A program made the translations under genes and the position numbers. Below the pieces are notes generated by a model. That model saw only the letters and a list, made by a program, of their open reading frames with translations, ran no database searches and was not told the DNA's origin. From assembly GCA_016926535.1 (NCBI GenBank), contig JAFGOK010000088.1:1-56391 (forward strand): DNA of 56,391 bases, given 5' to 3'. Origin of the DNA: Micromonosporaceae bacterium (GTDB lineage Bacteria > Actinomycetota > Actinomycetes > Mycobacteriales > Micromonosporaceae). Positions 19,869 to 27,724 of the stretch are shown piece by piece; positions within the stretch are counted from its first letter, which is position 1; every line of letters begins with the position of its first letter.

Positions 19869-20129
19869 ATGGCAAGCAGCAGGCACAACTACCCGCCCCC
19901 ACCGCCGTTGACCGAGTTCGGCGAGTTCCGGACCCACGACGGGCACATCTGGGACCGCACCGACGCCAACGAAACCATCGACAACAACTGCGTTGCTATC
20001 GCCAGGCACCCTGACGGATCGGTCTGCCTGGCCGACACGAAGCAGAACCTCGCCGACCAGCAGCCGCTGTTCTTCACTCCCGTCGAGTGGAGCGCCTTCG
20101 AGCACGCCCTTACGGAAGGGCGGATCTGA
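19869..20129 (+). CDS. DUF397 (BldB-like) small protein
   Basis: 86 aa with NNCVAIARHPDGSVCLADTK...LFFTPVEWSAFEHAL, the DUF397 signature. GGAGG SD upstream. Confidence 0.75.
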   Translation: MASSRHNYPPPPPLTEFGEFRTHDGHIWDRTDANETIDNNCVAIARHPDGSVCLADTKQNLADQQPLFFTPVEWSAFEHALTEGRI

Positions 20130-20130
20130 C

Positions 20131-21351
20131 ATGGCCACCGGCTCGCAGTCCACGGCAGTGCCCACGCGCATCGGGCATGGGCTGCGAGCCATCGTGGCCG
20201 CAGGTGGAATCTCCGCCATCGGCGATGGAGCGTTCCTGGCGGCAGCTCCGCTGGCGGCAGCAGCGATCACCCGCGACCCAGCCGGTGTTACCGTCGTCTC
20301 GGTTGCAGAGTATCTGCCGTGGCTGCTGGTCACGCCCTTCGCAGGGGTGTGGGTGGACCGCTGGCCCAGACGCTCTACGATGATCACCGCTGATCTGCTG
20401 CGGGGGATCGCCGTCGCTGCCCTCGCCGTGCTCGTTGGTACCGGGACCGCGACGATCCCCGCGATCGCCCTGTGCGCGGGGGGCATGGTCACCGGGATGG
20501 TGTTTCATTCGGCAGCGGCCGAGACGCTCATCGCCGATCTCACCGACCGCTCCGAATCCCAGCTCCCGAAGATCAATGGACGCCTGCAAGCGGCCAGCAC
20601 GACCGGACGGCAACTGGTCGGGCCTCCGGCGGGATCGTGGTCCTTCGCACTCGCTGGCTGGCTGCCCTTCGCCGCCGATGCACTGTCCTTCTTGGGATCG
20701 GCCATGATCCTCATCGCCGTCCCGCCCAGCCGCGCGGCCCGGGCCGCGCGGCAACGCATGTGGCCGGCCCTGCGCGAGGGTATGGCGTACCTGGCGGGGC
20801 ACCGTGAGTTGCGGACCCTGGCGCTGCTGACCGCAGCGGGCAACATCTCCGTGGCCGCAGGGATGGCCACCCTCGTGCTGTTCGCCACCGACCCGGGCGG
20901 CCTCGGTGTCACCACCAGCGCCTACGGGCTCTTGCTCGCGACCATGGCCGCGGGTGGCGTCCTGGGCGGGTTCATCGCAGCCCCGGTCATCCGGCGCTTC
21001 GGCGACCGGATGACCGTCCTCGCTGGCCTCAGCACCGAGATCGTCGGATGGCTCCTGCTCTCGGCCACCCACGAGCCGATACTGGCTGGAGCGCTGCTGG
21101 CGCTGCTCTGGATCTCCTTCTCAGTGCTGTCTGTCGTAATCATGGGCAGCAGGCAACGCCAGACACCTCCGGACCTGTTGGGCCGAGTCATCTCGGCGTT
21201 CCGAATCGTCGGCAACGGCACCTCGCCCCTGGGGGCCCTCGCTGCCGGAATCGCGGCCACCTGGTGGGGTCTGCGCGCCCCGATGCTCGTCGCCGCCGCA
21301 CTGCTCGCGGTGGCCGTTGTCCTCGCTGTCAGCGGCTTCCGCCGCCGCTGA
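20131..21351 (+). CDS. MFS transporter
   Basis: Start at ATG 20131, 2 nt after the DUF397 stop. About 12 hydrophobic helices, with an MFS loop motif FAGVWVDRWPRRS. Confidence 0.8.
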   Translation: MATGSQSTAVPTRIGHGLRAIVAAGGISAIGDGAFLAAAPLAAAAITRDPAGVTVVSVAEYLPWLLVTPFAGVWVDRWPRRSTMITADLLRGIAVAALAVLVGTGTATIPAIALCAGGMVTGMVFHSAAAETLIADLTDRSESQLPKINGRLQAASTTGRQLVGPPAGSWSFALAGWLPFAADALSFLGSAMILIAVPPSRAARAARQRMWPALREGMAYLAGHRELRTLALLTAAGNISVAAGMATLVLFATDPGGLGVTTSAYGLLLATMAAGGVLGGFIAAPVIRRFGDRMTVLAGLSTEIVGWLLLSATHEPILAGALLALLWISFSVLSVVIMGSRQRQTPPDLLGRVISAFRIVGNGTSPLGALAAGIAATWWGLRAPMLVAAALLAVAVVLAVSGFRRR

Positions 21352-21739
21352 ACTGTCCCAAGGAGGTTGTCGTGAGGTTGGTTGGTCATGCCGTAGTCAG
21401 TTTTGTGCACAGCAAACGATCATAAGGTTTCCTCCTCGTCGCAACGTTTCAATGCGGTCTTCCCGCACCGGGGAGCCGAGTTGGAAGCCGCACCTGCCGC
21501 TTGGCTCTGCGGCCACGCGCTGGCAGCGCACGCCGTGTTGATGTCTTCAAGGCGGATGTGCGGTCAGGCCCCGCCGGCCCCGGAGCAGTCCGGCTGACGG
21601 GACTCGGAGCGGCATGCAGATTTTGGTAGCCCGAGTGGTCGAACCGCATGTTGCTTGACAACTCAATACCGTTTGTAACGAGGCAGCGCGGTTTCGTCGC
21701 GCAGGAATCTGTTCAGAGACATGCTGCGGAGCCGGAGGG

Positions 21740-22702
21740 CTACCGAGCGATGTGGAGCAAGGCGATCAGGGTATCGGCCGGTGTGACACATCGAAAACCA
21801 GTATCGTCATCGGACATGTCGGCGGAAGCGTCATTGAACATAGCGGGTGGACACCGCAAGAAGGAACTGGTGAACGCGCTGCCCTTCAACTCGTATCGCC
21901 CTGGCTCGCTCTCAGCGGAGCACCATTCCCAGGTGTTGCCGCACAGGTCGTACACGCCGTACGGACTGACTCCACTCGCGTACCGGTCAACGGGTGTGGT
22001 GCTGCGGATCTCGTGTTCTCGGCAATTGCACTTCGCTGGCGTTCGCTGGCTGCCCCACGGATAGATCTCCCCGCGTGTCCCGCGGGCGGCTTTCTCCCAT
22101 TGCCGACTCGTCGGCAACGCCTTTGCAGACCATTGTGCGTAGGCGTTTGCCTCGTACCAGGTCACGAATACGACCGGATGGTTGAGGAGGCCGTCCGGTG
22201 GTACTGCGTGATTCCAATGCGGTGGAGGCTTGCCCTGGGTAGCCGTGACGAACCTGTCGTAGTCGGCGTTCGTGATCGGAAAAACATCGATATAGAAGGC
22301 GGGAAGATGGATCGGTTCGTCGTCCGGACCGGAAAAGAACATCCCTGCCTCGACCAGTGCCATGAGTTTTCCATCGACAGGATGACGGATCAGGTGTTCG
22401 TCACCAGCCAGTATGGGCGGTTCGTCGACTGACCCGGGACGCTCCCGCGATCCGCCAGGATCGTGTGATGCCAGGCCAAGTGCGTGCGCGAAGCGGGTCT
22501 GCTCCTCCGGGCTGCACGAGGTCAATGACGTGTCCAGCGCGAGTTGGTTGACTGGCCGTGGGACAACGTTCTCCCCTTCCCATTTGGAGACCATGCGTTC
22601 GCTCACACCGAGATGCCCGGCGAACGCATGCAGGGTCATTCGCCGGGCTTCCCGGAGCGCTCGAATCTCCCGGCCTGACCATCGTTGGATCGTCATCGCC
22701 AT
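21740..22702 (-). CDS. XRE-type HTH fused to formylglycine-generating-enzyme (FGE/SUMF1)-like domain
   Basis: Start at ATG 22702 (MAMTIQRW). HTH REARRMTLHAFAGHLGVSERMVSKWE. FGE-like motifs HPVVFVTWYEANAYAQW, YPWG, YGVYDLCGNTWEW, RGSAF-like, and GFRCV near the C-terminus. Confidence 0.7.
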   Translation of the reverse strand: MAMTIQRWSGREIRALREARRMTLHAFAGHLGVSERMVSKWEGENVVPRPVNQLALDTSLTSCSPEEQTRFAHALGLASHDPGGSRERPGSVDEPPILAGDEHLIRHPVDGKLMALVEAGMFFSGPDDEPIHLPAFYIDVFPITNADYDRFVTATQGKPPPHWNHAVPPDGLLNHPVVFVTWYEANAYAQWSAKALPTSRQWEKAARGTRGEIYPWGSQRTPAKCNCREHEIRSTTPVDRYASGVSPYGVYDLCGNTWEWCSAESEPGRYELKGSAFTSSFLRCPPAMFNDASADMSDDDTGFRCVTPADTLIALLHIAR

Positions 22703-22716
22703 GGTGGTCTCCGCTG

Positions 22717-23493
22717 TCACAGGATCTCCGCTGGGATCTCTTCGTATTCTTTGCGCAGCACGTGAAAGATCGGATGGTCGTCGGGGAACTCGGCATCGTC
22801 GACAGCCGCGATGGGTCGCACCCCCACGGTGGTATTGGTGGCGAACACGGCGCACATCCTGGCAAGGTCGCGCAGATGAACCGGTGCGACAGAGGTCCGA
22901 TCGTGGACCTGCTGCAGCAACCGCATGGTGATGCCGGGCAGGACTTCGGCGTTTGGCCATATCACCTGCTCGCCATCGAAGAAACCAACATTCCACGTTG
23001 GCCCTTCCGCGATATACGAGTCAGCGTCTGAGAAGACGGCGTCGTCGAATCCATTGAGCTGGGCGGTACGCCGATGCCACAGCGGGCCAAACAGGCCAAC
23101 GTGTTTGACCGCGGCGAAGTCACGAACGTAGGTGAACGACTGCACCCGCAACGGCGGTGGGGTGTTCATCGCCGGTCGGATGGTCACAAGCACCCTGGGA
23201 TCATCCGCCGCTGCCGGACGTCCTAGATCAACCGCAGGATCAAAGACCGTGACCCGAACGACAAACACACCGCCCCGTTCGCCCAGGGCATGACGGACAT
23301 GATCGCGCACCCGTTCACGATCGAGTTCCACCCCGAACAGCGTCCGGCAGTCCCGGACCAGACGCTCCAGATGATGCGACAAACCCCTGATCCGCAAGTC
23401 TTCGACGCGCATCGAAGTGAAGTGCCCGTAGTTCGTCAGCGCGAGCGCCTGCAACTCGTCGATGTGCACCGGGGCCCCGTCAAGTTCTGCCAT
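22717..23493 (-). CDS. Class IV aminotransferase-family protein (start uncertain: 23493, 23517 or 23574)
   Basis: MAELDGAPVHIDELQALALTNYGHFTSMRVED...GLSHHLERL...EGPTWNVGFF... resembles branched-chain/ADC-lyase fold-type IV enzymes. Confidence 0.65.
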   Translation of the reverse strand: MAELDGAPVHIDELQALALTNYGHFTSMRVEDLRIRGLSHHLERLVRDCRTLFGVELDRERVRDHVRHALGERGGVFVVRVTVFDPAVDLGRPAAADDPRVLVTIRPAMNTPPPLRVQSFTYVRDFAAVKHVGLFGPLWHRRTAQLNGFDDAVFSDADSYIAEGPTWNVGFFDGEQVIWPNAEVLPGITMRLLQQVHDRTSVAPVHLRDLARMCAVFATNTTVGVRPIAAVDDAEFPDDHPIFHVLRKEYEEIPAEIL

Positions 23494-23802
23494 GGACACC
23501 AGTGTGGCAGTACCCATGCCCTGAAACAGCCCGCGGTTCGGCAAGAGTTCGGTACTGAGACGGTCGCCGGACATGGGGAGAAACGTCGCTCCTTGAAACA
23601 CTCAATTTGGGTGGCAAGCCATACCCGCCAGGACACCGATCGACTCGACACGGCACTACACGTGTGGCCGGCGACGGACAACAGCTCGAACGGCAAGGCC
23701 AAGCACGGAACTGACGTCTCCGGGGCGGGTGTGCGATCAGACCCCGCCCGCCTCGGAGCAATTCCGCTGAATCACCCATACCCGAAGGGAGGTCGTGCGT
23801 CC

Positions 23803-24438
23803 ATGGCGCCAATGCTGGCGGACGAGTTCTTTCGCCTTGCTCACCACGACACGACGGGCAGGCCGTTGCTGCATCCGCGCGCCACCGGCCTCGGCTTGGC
23901 GGCGGCATTGCTCGGGGAGTTGCTCGCCGAGCGGAAGATCATCATTCAGGACGGGCGGCTGTATCCCTGGCAGCGCACCCCGCCGAGTGACGCGCTCGCC
24001 CACACCACCCTCGATCAGGTACTTGCGCAGCCCCAGCACACCGAGGTTCGCGTCTGGCTGGGGTTTCTGAGCGCCAGTGCGTACGGCTCGGTGGCCGATC
24101 GGTTGTGGCGGGCAGGCCATGTGCGGCCGGTGACCGGGCGGCGGCTGTTGCGGCGGGACACGGTGACCTACGTGCCGGTGGATCTGCTGACCGCCGCCGG
24201 GCCGTGGATCCACCTGACCTCGATCCTGCGCGGGGGTGAGCAGATCGGCTGGCCTGAGGGGTTCCTGCTGTGCCTGGCCGTCGCCACCGGCCTGGATGCC
24301 TTTCTGCTGCGCGACCTGCAGCCAGAGGCGGTCGACCACTGCCGGCGGCTGTGCGCGGCAGCTCCCGCCCAGATCGGGGAACTGATGGCGATCACGGCCG
24401 CCGCCGTCGGGGAAGCCGTTTTGGCCTACCGGACCTGA
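23803..24438 (+). CDS. GPP34/GOLPH3-family protein
   Basis: ATG 23803 with GAAGGGAGG SD. LADEFFRLAHHDTTGRPLL...LGLAAALLGELLAERKI is the typical GPP34 N-terminus. The upstream 170 codons of the ORF overlap the antisense aminotransferase gene. Confidence 0.6.
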   Translation: MAPMLADEFFRLAHHDTTGRPLLHPRATGLGLAAALLGELLAERKIIIQDGRLYPWQRTPPSDALAHTTLDQVLAQPQHTEVRVWLGFLSASAYGSVADRLWRAGHVRPVTGRRLLRRDTVTYVPVDLLTAAGPWIHLTSILRGGEQIGWPEGFLLCLAVATGLDAFLLRDLQPEAVDHCRRLCAAAPAQIGELMAITAAAVGEAVLAYRT

Positions 24439-24504
24439 TCGACCCGCCCGCTTGACCGGAGCCGATGTTCAGTGTCAATTCCTTCCACAAAGGAGATATT
24501 CCCG

Positions 24505-26082
24505 ATGCCAGCATCCGCACCAGCACCCCCGGCGTTCAGCCCGGTGGCCGATACTCTGGCAGCCGACCGGCTCGGCGTGCCGCAAGTCGTGTTCTTCGTG
24601 ATGTCGGCGGCCACGCCGCTGACCGTGGTGGCTGGGGTCGTCACCACGGCGTACGGTGCGACAGGCCTGCTGGGCCTGCCGATCGCCTTCGTCTGCGTGG
24701 GGCTTCTCCTCGCCCTATTCAGCGTCGGCTATGTCTCGATGGCACGGAAAGTAGGCAACTGCGGTGCTTTTTATTCATATTTATCGAAAGGTTTGGGACG
24801 GCCGGTTGGAGTCGCCGGCGCCTGGGTCGCGCTGCTCGCCTACAATGCCCTCCAAATCGGACTCTATGGGGCGATCGGGGCGGCGGCCTTGCCGCTGCTG
24901 GAGCAGTGGTTCGGGCTGGCCCCGCCCTGGTGGGTGATCGCCCTGATCGCGTGGGCGTTGACCGCCATGCTCGGGATGCTGCGAGTGGACGTCAACGGCG
25001 CGCTGCTGGCCGTGCTCCTGCTGACCGAGGTCGCCGTGATCGTCGTGTTCAGCGCCGCCGACCTCATCCATCCTGCCGGGGGAAGCATCAGCTTCACCGC
25101 CCTGTCGCCGGGCAATCTCTTCGGTCCCGGCGTGGGGGCCCTGCTGGTCCTGGCGGTGCTGGGCTCGGTGGGATTCGAGTCGGCCGTTGTCTTCAGCGAG
25201 GAGAGCAAGAACCCGCAAAGGACGGTCCCGGTGGCCACCTACCTGTCAGTCGGAGCCATCGCCGTGCTGTATACCTTCGCCTCCTGGGCGATGACCGTCG
25301 CGGTCGGCCCCGATCAGATTGTCGCCGTGGCCGGGGAGCAGGGGACCGAAGTCATCTTCAATCTCGCTGCTGCGCACCTCGGCGCGAGTGCCGCGACGAT
25401 TGGCCACACCCTCTTCACGACCTCGATCATCGCAGCCATGATCGCCTTTCATAACACGACAAGTCGGTACATGTATGCCTTGGGGAGGGAGGGGGTGCTG
25501 CCCCGGCGGTGGGGGCGCACCTCGACGGCGACCGGGTCCCCGCACGTGGCCTCCCTGACCCAGAGCACCCTCGGTCTGGGAGTGATCCTCCTGTATGCCC
25601 TGGCCGGCTGGGACCCGTTGGTGACCCTGTTCTATCGCGGGGGCACCAGCGGTGGGCTCGGGGTGCTACTGCTGATCGCCGCGACCTCCGTTGCCGTGGT
25701 GGTCCACTTCACCCGCCACCCTGGCGGCGAGTCCCTGTGGCGACGCCGGATCGCCCCCGTTACGGCGATGCTCACCCTCGCCGTGGTCGTCGCCTTGGCC
25801 CTGGACAACGTCGATGTGCTGCTCGGGGTACCACCAGATCATGCGCTGGTGTGGGCGGTGCCGGTGGCCTTCGTCGCAGCGGCTGGGCTCGGCGTCGGCT
25901 GGGGCCTGACTCTGCGTACCCTCCAGCCGGGGGTGTACGCCCGCATCGGGTTGGGCGCCAAGGCTGCCCTGGCCAAGGCCGTCGACGCGAGGACGCCGAA
26001 CCCTCGGCACGCTACCACCGACAGCGAGCAAACCGCTCGCAGCGCGCAGACCACCACGCCACCGAAGGAGCTGTGGCGATGA
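24505..26082 (+). CDS. APC-family amino acid permease
   Basis: ATG 24505 with AAAGGAG SD. About 12 TM helices, with the typical VFFVMSAATPLTVVAG and NCGAFYSYL motifs. Confidence 0.85.
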   Translation: MPASAPAPPAFSPVADTLAADRLGVPQVVFFVMSAATPLTVVAGVVTTAYGATGLLGLPIAFVCVGLLLALFSVGYVSMARKVGNCGAFYSYLSKGLGRPVGVAGAWVALLAYNALQIGLYGAIGAAALPLLEQWFGLAPPWWVIALIAWALTAMLGMLRVDVNGALLAVLLLTEVAVIVVFSAADLIHPAGGSISFTALSPGNLFGPGVGALLVLAVLGSVGFESAVVFSEESKNPQRTVPVATYLSVGAIAVLYTFASWAMTVAVGPDQIVAVAGEQGTEVIFNLAAAHLGASAATIGHTLFTTSIIAAMIAFHNTTSRYMYALGREGVLPRRWGRTSTATGSPHVASLTQSTLGLGVILLYALAGWDPLVTLFYRGGTSGGLGVLLLIAATSVAVVVHFTRHPGGESLWRRRIAPVTAMLTLAVVVALALDNVDVLLGVPPDHALVWAVPVAFVAAAGLGVGWGLTLRTLQPGVYARIGLGAKAALAKAVDARTPNPRHATTDSEQTARSAQTTTPPKELWR

Positions 26083-26912
26083 CCGGCGCTCTCGGCCCGA
26101 TCAGGCGGGCCACCCCCGACGACGTTCCAGCCATCGCCGTCGTGGTGGCCGAAGCGTTCCACCCGCTGCGCGCCAGCCAGTGGCTGGTACCCGACCCCGT
26201 GATTCGTCGGGTGACCATGGCCGCGCAGTTCGCGATCCTTATCGAACACGCGCTGGCCTTCGGCCACGTGGATCTGCTCGCCGACGGGTCAGCGGCGGCC
26301 GTGTGGTTCGACCGCACCAAGCCGATGCCGGCCCCACCCGACTACGACCGGCGCCTGACCGTCGGGTGCGGCGAGCACGCCGCCCAGTTCCGGGTGCTTG
26401 ACGCCCTTTTCGAGCAGCATCATCCGGCCGACCCGCACCACCACCTGGCCATGCTCGCCGTCGCGGGCGATCGCCAGGGCGGCGGGCGCGGCACCCTCCT
26501 GCTGCGCCACCACCACCACCAGGTCCTCGACGACCAGGGCATTCCCGCCTACCTGGAAGCCGCCAGCATCCGCAGCGCCCGGCTGTACTACCGGGAGGGC
26601 TATCGGCCCCGTGCTGAACCGTTCGCCCTGCCCAACGAAGCGTTCTTCTATCCCATGTGGCGAACCGCAGGGCAAGGGAGCGCCGAGACCGGCACGGCTT
26701 CCCCACCCGGCCATCTGATCACCGCCGCCCGGCTGTCCCCATCGGACTCCGGCGCTGACCTGAACCTAGCTCACCCGACTCACCGCACTGGCAGGCCATC
26801 CGTCACCCGGGTGCGTGCCGCGGCCCTGCGACTCCGGTGGCAGCGGCACGCACCCGGTCCCATCCATCCACCTCACCACGTGCGTCTTCAATCCGCAGGA
26901 AGGCGGCGATGA
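26079..26912 (+). CDS. GNAT-family N-acetyltransferase (long low-complexity tail)
   Basis: ATG 26079 in ATGA overlap with the permease stop. IRRATPDDVPAIAVVVAEAF...HLAMLAVAGDRQGGGRGTLLL...YLEAAS...LYYREGY is a GNAT core. Confidence 0.7.
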   Translation: MTGALGPIRRATPDDVPAIAVVVAEAFHPLRASQWLVPDPVIRRVTMAAQFAILIEHALAFGHVDLLADGSAAAVWFDRTKPMPAPPDYDRRLTVGCGEHAAQFRVLDALFEQHHPADPHHHLAMLAVAGDRQGGGRGTLLLRHHHHQVLDDQGIPAYLEAASIRSARLYYREGYRPRAEPFALPNEAFFYPMWRTAGQGSAETGTASPPGHLITAARLSPSDSGADLNLAHPTHRTGRPSVTRVRAAALRLRWQRHAPGPIHPPHHVRLQSAGRRR

Positions 26913-27481
26913 TGCTCTCCCCAGCATCCGGCCACGACCAGCTTCCACCGATCATCGATCCAGGCCGTTCCAGCCCTGCCCGGGTCGACAACGCGCTGCT
27001 GGGCGGTGGCCACAACTTCGCCGCCGACCGCCGGGCGGCCGCACGGTTGCTCGCCGCCGATCCGAGGGCCGCCATCCGGCTGTGGATCCGCCGGCGCCTG
27101 CTGCGGCGGGTCACCCGGCTGGCTCTGGACGCGGGGATCAGGCAGGTTGTCCACCTCGGGTGCGGCATCCCGTTCCCCGGCGGCATCCACACCGCCGTAT
27201 CAGATCCCCGGGCCGTCGACCGGATCGTCTACGTCGACGATGATCCGGTTGTCGTCGAGCTCATCGATCAGGCCACGAATGATTCGATGGTCACAGCGAT
27301 CGACGGCGACCCAGACAACCTCCCCGAGGTCCTCAACCAGTTGCACGCCCGTCAGGTCATCAGTACCGGCGAGCCCGTCCTGGTCATCCTGGCCTCCCGA
27401 ACTCCGGCCCGGGCGGCAACCCGATTCCCGCAGGCCGGCTGGTCATCATCGATTACCGAGGATTCTCAAGAACAGCGGTGA
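26909..27481 (+). pseudogene. DUF574-type SAM-dependent methyltransferase, apparently C-terminally truncated
   Basis: The hallmark N-terminus SPARVDNALLGGGHNFAADR and Rossmann motif VVHLGCGIP are present. The family pattern is lost after ...GEPVLVILAS (about nt 27397), and the ORF ends about 100 aa short of the usual length. Confidence 0.5.
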
Positions 27482-27522
27482 TTCTCTGGCCGCCGGGCGT
27501 GGGAATATTGGGGTTTGGGCAC

Positions 27523-27546
27523 AAAAAAGGACCCGCCGATGCGGGT
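27523..27546 (-). terminator. Candidate intrinsic terminator for the minus-strand ICE operon
   Basis: The minus strand reads ACCCGC-ATCG-GCGGGT followed by CCTTTTTTGT (6-bp GC stem, 4-nt loop, T6). It lies about 30 bp beyond the left copy of the target duplication. Confidence 0.4.
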
Positions 27547-27579
27547 ACGGTGTCCATCGTCCTGCCATGGGGAAATGGT

Positions 27580-27604
27580 TGTGACTTTCAGTTGTAGTTG
27601 GCAC
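27580..27604. repeat. Tn7-like left (tniQ-proximal) terminal inverted repeat
   Basis: tgtgactttcagttgtagttggca versus the reverse complement of the right end, tgtgactttcggccgtagttggca: 21 of 24 identical. Further GTTGGCA-like copies lie at about 27613-27625 and 27655-27668. Confidence 0.8.
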
Positions 27605-27724
27605 TTGTCAGCGGTAGATGGCACCGCACCTGTGGACCGTGATCAGGGGTGTTGCCGGCCAGAGAGATGGCGGCCGTTCGTCGTGGTGAGGTCGATTGCC
27701 TCGTCCGACAGTGGTATTCGCCGA

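Noticed and set aside
18963-20129. XRE-DUF5753 / DUF397 pair considered as a bona fide toxin-antitoxin system
   Set aside because: The family is abundant in actinomycetes as WhiJ/BldB-type developmental regulators. No toxin-like domain is visible, so I report it only as a regulator pair.
18981-20492. 503-aa minus-strand ORF spanning the XRE-DUF5753, DUF397 and MFS genes
   Set aside because: It is Arg/Gly/Pro-rich with no motifs, and it is antisense to three genes that have clear family signatures and SD sequences. This is a typical high-GC shadow ORF.
21625-21665. tRNA-like T-arm fragment (gagtggtcgaaccgcat) in the MFS/FGE intergenic region, considered as a tRNA gene or att remnant
   Set aside because: I could not fold a cloverleaf: there is no acceptor stem, D-arm or anticodon arm. 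The similarity is limited to about 11 nt.
25509-26078. N-terminal 190 codons of the 467-aa ORF 25509..26912
   Set aside because: This part overlaps the 3' third of the APC permease gene in another frame and is Arg/Gly-rich. The GNAT homology starts only at ATG 26079, which is ATGA-coupled to the permease stop.
27391-27403. GGCCTCC(N)GA shared between the DUF574 breakpoint (27391) and the loop edge of the integrase palindrome (55671), considered as an att core direct repeat
   Set aside because: Only 7 contiguous identical bases in a >70% GC genome, which is well within chance. It needs comparison with an empty site.
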